Of a stretch of DNA of 58,943 nucleotides, positions 1 through 12,200 are shown piece by piece (positions within the stretch are counted from its first letter, which is position 1; each line of letters starts with the position of its first letter). The stretch is from Utricularia gibba (Eukaryota > Plantae > Magnoliophyta), in NCBI GenBank assembly GCA_002189035.1, contig NEEC01000258.1:1-58943 (forward strand). The letters are read 5' to 3'. Below the pieces are notes generated by a model, which was given only the letters and a program-made list of their open reading frames with translations, was not told the origin of the DNA and did no database searches. The position numbers and the translations under genes were made by a program.

Positions 1-313
1 ACTTACTTTATACTTGAGAAGGCGGTCTTTGGGTGCACTTGGAACCGGAAAAAGATCAGCTTAGGCCTTGCCCAAAGTAAGTTGTAGCCCGGCAAAGAAA
101 GTGATGTATTTATTAACGTTCGGTTTTCGGTGTTGCCTACATGGTTTTTCAAGGAACAGCTTCTCGTTTTGTGGCGGCCAGTCTCGCTAGGAACTTGGTC
201 CGGGCCCGCGATTCTTTATGGCTCATGAGGACAAAAGGATGCAAATCGATGAATACAATGTTGCATTTGTTTAAATTGCGATATCACGTGCACCCCACAT
301 GATTTTTTCAACA
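1..313 (+). repeat. Reference B-type monomer (left-domain form; its start GAGAAGG...GGGTGCACTTGG is partly A-like)
   Basis: Carries GAACCGGAAAAAGATCAGC, CCCGGCAAAGAAAG, TTAACGTT, GCTAGGAAC, CCGGGCCCGCG, GAGGACAAAAGG, GATGAATACAATGTTG, TTGCGATATC. Confidence 0.9.
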
Positions 314-3299
314 ACTTACTTTATACTTGAGCAGGCGGTCTTTGGGTGCACCTGGAACGGGACAAAGGTAAGGTTTGGCTTGCACCGAGAGTTAGTTGTA
401 GTCCGGCAAATAAAGTGATGTATTTATTATCGTTCGGTTTTTCGGGGGCTGCCTACATGGTTTTTCAAGGAACCGCTTCTCGTTTTGTGGCGGCCAGTCT
501 CGCTGGGAACTTGGTCCTTGACCCCGATTCTGTATGGCTCATGAGGTCAACTGGATGCAAATCGATTAAAAAAAATGATCCATTTGTTTAAATTATGATG
601 TCACGTGCACCCCACATGATTTTTTTAAAACTACTTTATACTGAGAGGCGGTCTTTGGGGCACTTGGAACCGGAAAAAGATCAGCTTAGGCCTTGGCCAA
701 AGTAAGTTGTAGCCCGGCAAAGAAAGTGATGTATTTATTAACGTTCGGTTTTCGGTGTTGCCTACATGGTTTTTCAAGGAACAGCTTCTCGTTTTGTGGC
801 GGCCAGTCTCGCTAGGAACTTGGTCCGGGCCGCGATTCTTTATGGCTCATGAGGACAAAAGGATGCAAATCGATGAAACAATGTGCATTTGTTTAAATTC
901 GATATCACGTGCACCCCACAATTTTTTCAACAACTTACTATACTTGAGAAGGCGGTCTTTGGGTGCACTTGGAACGGAAAAAGGTTTTGGCTTGTAGTTG
1001 TAGTCCGGCAAAAAAGTGATGTATTTATTATCGTTCGGTTTTCGGTTGCCTACATGGTTTTTCAAGGAACCGCTTCTCGTTTTGTGGCGGCCAGTCTCGC
1101 TGGAACTTGGTCCGCCCCGATTCTTTATGGCTCATGAGGTCAATGGATGCAAATCGATTAAAAAATGATGCATTTGTTTAAATTGATGTCACGTGCACCC
1201 CACATGATTTTTTCAACAACTTACTTTATACTTGAGAAGGCGGTCTTTGGGCACTTGGAACCGGAAAAAGATCAGCTTAGGCCTTGGCAAAGTAAGTTGT
1301 GCTGATGTTTTATTAACGTTCGGTTTTCGACATGGTTTTTCAAGGAACAGCTTCTCGTTTTGTGGCGGCCAGTCTCGCTAGTTGGTATTCTTTATGGCTC
1401 ATGAGCAAAAGGATGCAAATCGATGAATAAAATGTTGCATTTGTTTAAATTGCGATATCACGTGCACCCACATGATTTTTTCAACAACTTACTTTATACT
1501 TGAGCAGGCGGTCTTTGGGTGCACCTGGAACGGGACAAAGGTAAGTTGGCTTGCATTATTGTAGTCCGGCAAATAAAGTGATGTATTATTATCGTTCGGT
1601 TTTCGGGGGCTGCCTACATGGTTTTTCAAGGAACCGCTTCTCGTTTTGTGGCGGCCAGTCTCGCTGGGAACTTGGTCCTTGACCCCGATTCTGTATGGCT
1701 CATGAGGTCAACTGGATGCAAATCGATTAAAAAAAATGATCCATTTGTTTAAATTATGATGTCACGTGCACCCCACATGATTTTTTTCAACTTACTTTAT
1801 ACTGAGAGGCGGTCTTGGGGGGCACTTGGAACGGAAAAAGATCAGCTTAGGCTTGGCCCAAAGTAAGTTGTAGCCCGGCAAAGAAAGTGATGTATTTATT
1901 AACGTTCGGTTTTCGTGTTGCCTACATGGTTTTTCAAGGAACAGCTTCTCGTTTTGTGGCGGCCAGTCTCGCTAGGAACTTGGTCCGGGCCGCGATTCTT
2001 TATGGCTCATGAGGACAAAAGGATGCAAATCGATGAATAAATGTTGCATTTGTTTAAATTGCGATATCACGTGCACCCACATGATTTTTTCAACAACTTA
2101 CTTTATACTTGTCTTGGGCACTGGAACGGGACAAAGGTTTTGGCTTGCAAAGAAGTTAGTTGTAGTCCGGCAAATAAAGTGATGTATTTATTATCGTTCG
2201 GTTTTCGGGGGCTGCCTACATGGTTTTTCAAGGAACCGCTTCTCGTTTTGTGGCGGCCAGTCTCGCTGGGAACTTGGTCCTTGACCCCGATTCTGTATGG
2301 CTCATGAGGTCAACTGGCAAATCGATTAAAAAAAATGATATTTGTTTAAATTACGATGTCACGTGCACCCCACATGATTTTTTCAACAACTTACTTTATA
2401 CTTGAGAGGCGGTCTTCACTTGGAACCGGAAAAAGATCAGCTTAGGCCTTGGCCCAAAGTAAGTTGTAGCCCGGCAAAGAAAGTGATGTATTTATTAACG
2501 TTCGGTTTTCGGTGTGCCTACATGGTTTTTCAAGGAACAGCTTCTCGTTTTGTGGCGGCCAGTCTCGCTAGGAACTTGGTCCGGGCCCGCGATTCTTTAT
2601 GGCTCATGAGGACAAAAGGATGCAAATCGATGAATACAATGTTGCATTTTTTAAATTGCGATATCACGTGCACCCACATGATTTTTTCAACAACTTACTT
2701 TATACTTGAGAGGCGGTCTTTGGGTGCACCTGGAACGGGACAAAGGTAAGGTTTGGCTTGCCGAGAGTTAGTTGTAGTCCGGCAAAAAAGTGATGTATTT
2801 ATTATCGTTCGTTTTCGGGGCTGCCTACATGGTTTTTCAAGGAACCGGTTTTGTGGCGGCCAGTCTCGCTGGGAACTTGGTCCTTGACCCGATTCTGTAT
2901 GGCTCATGAGGTCAACTGGATGCAAATCGATTAAAAAAAATGATTTTGTTTAAATTTGTCACGTGCACCCCACATGATTTTTTATTACTTTATACTTCTT
3001 TTGGAACCGGAAAAAGGTCAGCTTAGGCTTGAAAGTAAGTTGTAGCCCGGCAAAGAAAGTGATGTATTTATTAACGTTCGGTTTTCGGTGTTGCCTACAT
3101 GGTTTTTCAAGGAACAGCTTCTCGTTTTGTGGCGGCCAGTCTCGCTAGGAACTTGGTCGCCCCGATTCTTTATGGCTCATGAGGTCAAAGGATGCAAATC
3201 GATGAAGTTGCATTTGTTTAAATTGCGATATCACGTGCACCCACATGATTTTTTCAACAACTTACTTTATACTTGAGGAGGCGGTCTTTGGGGCACTTG

Positions 3300-6200
3300 G
3301 AACGGAAAAAGATTTAGGCTTGCGTAAGTTGTAGCCCGGCAAATAAAGTGATGTATTTATTAACGTTCGGTTTTCCCTACATGGTTTTTCAAGGAACCGC
3401 TTCTCGTTTTGTGGCGGCCAGTCTCGCTGGGAACTTGGTCTTCTTTATGGCTCATGAGGGGATGCAAATCGATCCATTTGTTTAAATTGCGATATCACGT
3501 GCACCCCACATGATTTTTTCAACAACTTACTTTATACTTGAGAGGCGGTCTTGGGCACTTCTTGCAACCGGCAAAAAGTGATGTACGTTCGGTTTTCTGG
3601 TTTTTCAAGGAACGCTTCTCGTTTTGTGGCGGCCAGTCTCGCTGGGAACTTGGTCCCCCGATTCTTATGGCTCATGAGGTCAACTGGATGCAAATCGATG
3701 CATTTGTTTAAATTATATGTCACGTGCACCCCACATGATTTTTTCACTTACTTTATACTTGAGAGGCGGTCTTGGGGGCACTTTAGGGCTTGGTTGTAGC
3801 CGGCAAATAAAGTGATGTATTTATTATCGTTCGGTTTTCGGGGTGCCTACATGGTTTTTCAAGGTTCTCGTTTTGTGGCGGCCAGTCTCGCTGGGAACTT
3901 GGTACCCCGATTCTGTATGGCTCATGAGGTCAACTGGATGCAAATCGATTAAAAAAAATGATGCATTTGTTGTCACGTGCACCCACATGATTTTTTCAAC
4001 AACTTACTTTATACTTGAGAAGGCGGTCTTTGGGCACTTGGAACCGGAAAAAAGGCTTAGAAAGTAAGTTGTAGCCCGGCAAAAAAGTGATGTATTTATT
4101 AACGTTCGGTTTTCGGGTGCCTACATGGTTTTTCAAGGAACAGCTTCTCGTTTTGTGGCGGCCAGTCTCGCTGGAACTTGGTCCGCCCGCGATTCTTATG
4201 GCTCATGAGGTCAAAGGATGCAAATCGATCAATGATGCATTTGTTTAAATTGGATATCACGTGCACCCCACATGATTTTTTCAACAACTTACTTTATACT
4301 TGAGAAGGCGGTCTTTGGGTGCACTTGGAACCGGAAAAGGCTTAGGCTTGGAAAGTAAGTTGTAGCCGGCAAAGAAAGTGATGTATTGTTCGGTTTTCGG
4401 TGCCTACATGGTTTTTAGGAACCGCTTCTCGTTTTGTGGCGGCCAGTCTCGCTGGGAACATTCTGGAGAACTGGATGCAAATCGATCCATTTGTTTAAGA
4501 TTCACGTGCACCCCACATGATTTTTTAAAACAGAGTCTTGGGCACTTGGATCAGCTTTTGTAAGTTGTAGGGCAAAAAAGTGATGTATGGTTTTCCCTAC
4601 ATGGTTTTTCAAGGAACAGCTTCTCGTTTTGTGGCGGCCAGTCAGGAACTTGGTTTCTCATGAGGACAAAGGATGCAAATCGACAATGTTGCATTTGTTT
4701 AAATTGCGATGCTGATTTTTTCAACAACTTACTTTATACTTGAGGGCGGTCTTTACTTTTTAACAAAGAAAGTGATGTATTTATTAACGTTCGGTACATG
4801 GTTTTTCAAGGAACAGCTTCTCGTTTTGGCGGCCAGTCTCGCTAGGAACTTGATTCTTTATGGTGCAAATCCAATGTTGCATTTGTTTAAATTGCGATAT
4901 CACGTGCACCCCACATGATTTTTTCAACAACTTACTTTATACTTGTCCACTGGAATTTTGGCTTTTAGTTGTAAAATAAAGTGATGTATTTATTATCGTT
5001 CGGTTTTGCCTACATGGTTTTTCAAGGAACCGCTTCTCGTTTTGTGGCGGCCAGTCTCGCTGGGAACTTGGTCCTTGACCCCGATTCTGTATGGCTCATG
5101 AGGTCAACTGGATGCAAATCGATTAAAAAAATGATGCATTTGTTTAAATTGATGTCACGTGCACCCCACATGATTTTTTAACAACTACTTTATACTGAGG
5201 AGGCGGTCTTACTTGGAACCGGAAAAAGGTCAGCTTAGGCCTTGGCCCAAAGTAAGTTGTAGCCGGCAAAAAGTGATGTATTTATTATCGTTCGGTTTCG
5301 GTGCCTACATGGTTTTTCAAGGAACGCTTCTCGTTTTGTGGCGGCCAGTCTCGCTGGGAACTTGGTCCTTGGATTCTGTATGGCTCATGAGGTCAACTGG
5401 ATGCAAATCGATTAAAAAAAATGATGCATTTGTTTAAATTGTCACGTGCACCCCACATGATTTTTTCAACTTACTTTATACTTGAGAAGGCGGTCTTGGG
5501 CACTGGAACCGGAAAAAGGTCAGCTTAGGCCTTGGCCCAAAGTAAGTTGTAGCCCGGCAAAGAAAGTGATGTATTTATTAACGTTCGGTTTTCGGGTTGC
5601 CTACATGGTTTTCAAGGAACAGCTTCTCGTTTTGTGGCGGCCAGTCTCGCTAGGAACTTGATTCTTTATGGCTCATGAGGACAAAGGATGCAAATCGATG
5701 TGTTGCATTTGTTTAAATTGGATATCACGTGCACCCACATGATTTTTTCAAAACTTACTTTATACTTGAGTCTTTGGTGCACTTGGAACTTTAGGCTTTA
5801 AGTTGTAGCCCGGCAAAAAAGTGATGTATTTATTAACGTTCGGTTTTCGGGTTGCCTACATGGTTTTTCAAGGAACCGCTTCTCGTTTTGTGGCGGCCAG
5901 TCTCGCTGGAACTTGGTCATTCTTTATGGCTCATGAGGAGGATGCAAATCGACAATGGCATTTGTTTAAATTATGTCACGTGCACCTGATTTTTTCAACA
6001 ACTTACTTATACTTGAGTCTTTGGGGCACTTGGAACGGAAAAAGTCAGCTTAGGCTTGAAAGTAAGTTGTAGCCCGGCAAAAAAGTGATGTATTTATTAA
6101 CGTTCGGTTTTCGGGTTGCCTACATGGTTTTTCAAGTTCTCGTTTTGTGGCGGCCAGTCTCGCTGGAACTTGGTATTCTTTATGGCTCATGAGGTGGATG

Positions 6201-9200
6201 CAAATCGATGAAAAAAATGTTGCATTTGTTTAAATTGCGATATCACGTGCACCCCACATGATTTTTCAACAACTTACTTTATACTTGAGAAGGCGGTCTT
6301 TGGGTGCACTTGTTTTGGCTTGGCAAAGTAAGTTGTAGCCCGGCAAAGAAAGTGATGTATTTATTAACGTTCGGTTTTCGGGTTGCCTACATGGTTTTTC
6401 AAGGAACAGCTTCTCGTTTTGTGGCGGCCAGTCTCGCTGGAACTTGGTCCCCCCGATTCTTTATGGCTCATGAGGTCAAAGGATGCAAATCGATGAAAAA
6501 ATGTTGCATTTGTTTAAATTGCGATATCACGTGCACCCCACATGATTTTTTCAACAACTTACTTTATACTGAGGGCGGTCTTTGGGGCACTGGAACCGGA
6601 AAAAGGTAGCTTAGGCTTGCCCAAAGTAAGTTGTAGCCCGGCAAAGAAAGTGATGTATTTATTAAGTTCGTTTTCGGGCCTACATGGTTTTTCAAGGAAC
6701 GCTTCTCGTTTTGTGGCGCCAGTCTCGCTGGAACTTGGTCCCCCCGATTCTTTATGGCTCATGAGGGATGCAAATCGATTAAAAAAATGATGCATTTGTT
6801 TAAATTGCGATATCACGTGCACCCCACATGATTTTTTCAACAACTTACTTTATACTTGAGAAGGCGGTCTTTGGGTGCACTTGGAACTGGCCTTGCCAAA
6901 GTAAGTTGTAGCCCGGCAAAGAAAGTGATGTATTTATTACGTTCGGTTTTCGGTGTTGCCTACATGGTTTTTCAAGGAACAGCTTCTCGTTTTGTGGCGG
7001 CCAGTCTCGCTGGAACTTGGTCCGGATTCTTTATGGCTCATGAGGACAAGGATGCAAATCGATGAATACAATGTTGCATTTGTTTAAATTGCGATATCAC
7101 GTGCACCCCACATGATTTTTTCAACAACTTACTTTATACTTGAGCAGGCGGTCTTTGGGTGCACCTGGAACGGGACAAAGGTAAGGTTTGGCTTGCACCG
7201 AGAGTTAGTTGTAGCCGGCAAATAAAGTGATGTATTTATTATCGTTCGGTTTTCGGGGGCTGCCTACATGGTTTTTCAAGGAACCGCTTCTCGTTTTGTG
7301 GCGGCCAGTCTCGCTGGGAACTTGGTCCTTGACCCCGATTCTGTATGGCTCATGAGGTCAACTGGATGCAAATCGATTAAAAAAAATGATGCATTTGTTT
7401 AAATTACGATGTCACGTGCACCCCACATGATGAGGAGGCGGTCTTCACTTGGTTTAACTGATGTATTTATCAACATGGTTTTTCAAGGAACAGCTTCTCG
7501 TTTTGTGGCGGCCAGTCTCGCCTTATTCATGGCTCATGAGGGATGCAAATCGCCCACGTGCACCCCACATGATTTGAGAAACTTGGAATCAAAGTTGTTG
7601 ATGTATTTATTAACGTTCGGTTTTCGGGCCTACATGGTTTTTCAAGGAACAGCTTCTCGTTTTGTGGCGGCCAGTCTCGCTAAACTTGGTTTCTTTATGG
7701 CTCATGAGGACAGGATGCAAATCGATTTGCATTTGTTTAACCACGTGCACCCCACATGATTTTTTCAACAACTTACTTTATACTTGAGCAGGCAGTCTTT
7801 AGTTGTAGTCCGGCAAATAAAGTGATGTATTTATTATCGTTCGGTTTTGCCTACATGGTTTTTCAAGGAACCGCTTCTCGTTTTGGCGGCCAGTCTCGCT
7901 GGGAACTTGACCCGATTCTGTATGGCTCATGAGGTCAACTGGATGCAAATCGATTAAAAAAAATGATGCATTTGTTTAAATTACGATGTCACGTGCACCC
8001 CACATGATTTTTTAACAACTACTTTATACTGAGGAGGCGGTCTTTGGGGGCACTTGGAACCGGAAAAATCAGCTTAGGCCTTGGCCCAAAGTAAGTTGTA
8101 GCCGGCAAAGAAAGTGATGTATTTATTAACGTTCGGTTTTCGGTGTGCCTACATGGTTTTTCAAGGAACAGCTTCTCGTTTTGTGGCGGCCAGTCTCGCT
8201 AGGAACTTGGTCTTCTTTATGGCTCATGAGGACAAAAGGATGCAAATCGCCATTTGTTTAAATTGCGATATCACGTGCACCCCACATGATTTTTTCAACA
8301 ACTTACTTTATACTTGAGCAGGCGGTCTTACCTTTTGGCTTGCCCGGTGATGTATTTATTATCGTTCGGTTTTCGGGGTGCCTACATGGTTTTTCAAGGA
8401 ACCGCTTCTCGTTTTGTGGCGGCCAGTCTCGCTGGAACTTGGTCCTTGACCCGATTCTGTATGGCTCATGAGGTCAACTGGATGCAAATCGATTAAAAAA
8501 ATGATGCATTTGTTTAAATTACGATGTCACGTGCACCCACATGATTTTTTCAACTACTTTATACTGAGAGGCGGTCTTTTGGAACCGGAAAAACTTAGGC
8601 AAAGTAAGTTGTAGCCCGGCAAAGAAAGTGATGTATTTATTAACGTTCGGTTTTCGGTGCCTACATGGTTTTCAAGGAACAGCTTCTCGTTTTGTGGCGG
8701 CCAGTCTCGCTAACTTGGTCACCCCGATTCTTATGGCTCATGAGGTCAACTGGATGCAAATCGATCATTTGTTTAAATTACGATGTCACGTGCACCCCAT
8801 GATTTTTTAACAACTACTTTATACTGAGAGGCGGTCACTTGGAACGGAAAAAGCTTAGGCTTGGCCCAAAGTAAGTTGTAGCCCGGCAAAGAAAGTGATG
8901 TATTTATTAACGTTCGGTTTTCGGGTTGCCTACATGGTTTTTCAAGGAACAGCTTCTCGTTTTGTGGCGGCTCTCGCTAACTTGGTCATTCTTTATGGCT
9001 CATGAGGACAAAGGATGCAAATCGATCCATTTGTTTAAATTGCGATCACGTGCACCCCACATGATTTTTTCAACAACTTACTTTATACTTGAGAAGGCGG
9101 TCTTTGGGTGGAACTTTAGGCTTGCTTGTTGATGTATTTATTAACGTTCGGTTTTCGGGTTGCCTACATGGTTTTTCAAGGAACAGCTTCTCGTTTTGTG

Positions 9201-12200
9201 GCGGCCAGTCTCGCTGAACTTGGTCTGATTCTTTATGGCTCATGAGGGATGCAAATCGACCATTTGTTTAAATTGCGATATCACGTGCACCCCACATGAT
9301 TTTTTCAACAACTTACTTTATACTTGAGGAGGCGACTTGGAACCAGCTTAAAAGTAAGTTGTAGCCCGGCAAAGAAAGTGATGTATTTATTAACGTTCGG
9401 TTTTCGGGTTGCCTACATGGTTTTTCAAGGAACAAGTCTCGCTAGGAACTTGATTCTTATGGCTCATGAGGGGATGCAAATCGATGGCATTTGTTTAAAT
9501 TATATCACGTGCACCCCACATGATTTTTTCAACAACTTACTTTATACTTGTCTTTGGTGCACTGGAACCTTTAGTTGTAGGGCAAAAAGTGATGTATTTA
9601 TTGTTCGGTTTTCACATGGTTTTTCAAGGAACCGCTTCTCGTTTTGTGGCGGCCAGTCTCGCTGGGAACTTGGTCCCCCGATTCTTATGGCTCATGAGGT
9701 CAACTGGATGCAAATCGATTACCATTTGTTTAAATTACGATGTCACGTGCACCCCACATGATTTTTTCAACAACTTACTTTATACTTGACGGTCTTGCAC
9801 TTGTTTAAAAGTAAGTTGTAGCCGGCAAATAAAGTGATGTATTTATTATCGTTCGGTTTTCGTGCCTACATGGTTTTTCAAGGAACCGCTTCTCGTTTTG
9901 TGGCGGCCAGTCTCGCTGGGAACTTGGTCCCCGATTCTTATGGCTCATGAGGTCAACTGGATGCAAATCGATTAAAAAAATGATGCATTTGTTTAAATTG
10001 ATGTCACGTGCACCCCACATGATTTTTTCTACTTTATACTGAGGAGCGGTCTTGGGGCACTTGGAACCGGAAAAAGATCAGCTTAGGCCTTGGCCCAAAG
10101 TAAGTTGTAGCCCGGCAAAGAAAGTGATGTATTTATTAACGTTCGGTTTTCGGTGTTGCCTACATGGTTTTTCAAGGAACAGCTTCTCGTTTTTGGCGGC
10201 CAGTCTCGCTAGGAACTTGGTCCGATTCTTTATGGCTCATGAGGACAAAAGGATGCAAATCGATGAATACAATGTTGCATTTGTTTAAATTGCGATATCA
10301 CGTGCACCCCACATGATTTTTTCAACAACTTACTTTATACTTGAGCTCTTTGGGTGCACCTGGAACGGGACCTTGGAGAGTTAGTTGTAAAATAAAGTGA
10401 TGTATTTATTATCGTTCGGTTTTGCCTACATGGTTTTTCAAGGAACAGTCTCGCTGGGAACTTAATTCTGTATGGCTCATGAGGTCAAGGATGCAAATCG
10501 ATCATTTGTTTACCACCCACATGATTTGAGAACTTGGAACCGGAAAAAGCAGCTTAGAAGTAAGTTGTAGCCCGGCAAAAAGTGATGTATTTATTAACGT
10601 TCGGTTTTCGGGTTGCCTACATGGTTTTTCAAGGAACAGCTTCTCGTTTGTGGCGGCCAGTCTCGCTGGAACTTGGTCCCCCGATTCTTGGCTCATGAGG
10701 TCAAGGATGCAAATCGATCATTTGTTTAAATCACGTGCACCCCACATGATTTTTTCAACTTACTTTATACTGAGAGGCGGTCCACTTGGAATTTAGGCTT
10801 GTAAGTTGTAGTCCGGCAAATAAAGTGATGTATTTATTATCGTTCGTTTTGCCTACATGGTTTTTCAAGGAACCGCTTCTCGTTTTGTGGCGGCCAGTCT
10901 CGCTGGGAACTTGGTCCTTGGATTCTCTCATGAGGTCAACTGGATGCAAATCGATTTGATGCATTTGTTTAAATTATGATGTCACGTGCACCCCACATGA
11001 TTTTTTAACAACTACTTTATACTGAGGAGGCGGTCTTGGGGGCACTTGGAACGGAAAAAGATCAGCTTAGGCCTTGGCCCAAAGTAAGTTGTAGCCCGGC
11101 AAAGAAAGTGATGTATTTTAACGTTCGGTTTTCGGTGCCTACATGGTTTTTCAAGGAACAGCTTCTCGTTTTGTGGCGGCCAGTCTCGCTGGAACTTGGT
11201 CCCCCGCGATTCTTTATGGCTCATGAGGACAAAAGGATGCAAATCGATGAATTTGCATTTGTTTAAATTGCGATATCACGTGCACCCCACATGATTTTTT
11301 CAACAACTTACTTTATACTTGAGAGGCGGTCTTTGGGGGCACTGGAACGGGAAAAGGCAAAGTAGTTGTAGCCGGCAAATAAAGTGATGTATTTATTATC
11401 GTTCGGTTTTCGGGGTGCCTACATGGTTTTTCAAGGAGCTTCTCGTTTTGTGGCGGCCAGTCTCGCTGGGAACTTGGTCCTTGACCCCGATTCTGTATGG
11501 CTCATGAGGTCAACTGGATGCAAATCGATTAAAAAAAATGATGCATTTGTTTAAATTACGATGTCACGTGCACCCCACATGATTTTTTCAACATACTTTA
11601 TACTGAGAGGCGGTCTTGGGCACTTGGAACCGGAAAAAGATCAGCTTAGGCCTTGGCCCAAAGTAAGTTGTAGCCCGGCAAAGAAAGTGATGTATTTATT
11701 AACGTTCGGTTTTCGGGTTGCCTACATGGTTTTTCAAGGAACAGCTTCTCGTTTTGGCGGCCAGTCTCGCTAGGAACTTGGTGGCTATGGCTCATGAGGA
11801 CAAAAGGATGCAAATCGATCATTTGTTTAAATTACACGTGCACCCCACATGATTTTTTTAACAACTACTTTATACTGAGAGGCGGTCTTGGGGGCACTTG
11901 GAACGGAAAAAGGTTTAGAAAGTAAGTTGTAGTCCGGCAAATAAAGTGATGTATTTATTATCGTTCGGTTTTCGGGGGCTGCCTACATGGTTTTTCAAGG
12001 AACCGCTTCTCGTTTTGTGGCGGCCAGTCTCGCTGGGAACTTGGTCCTTGACCCCGATTCTGTATGGCTCATGAGGTCAACTGGATGCAAATCGATTAAA
12101 AAAAATGATGCATTTGTTTAAATTATGATGTCACGTGCACCCCACATGATTTTTTAACAACATACTTTATACTGAGGAGGCGGTCTTGGGGGCACTTGGA

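Noticed and set aside
61-66. TTAGGC telomere-like hexamer in B units
   Set aside because: A single copy per B monomer, never tandem.
538-570. Hammerhead ribozyme core, as in newt and schistosome satellites (CTCATGAG resembles CUGAUGAG)
   Set aside because: The conserved G of CUGA is C, there is no convincing stem II followed by GAAA, and I found no CUGANGA on the minus strand. An Infernal search with Rfam hammerhead models would settle it.
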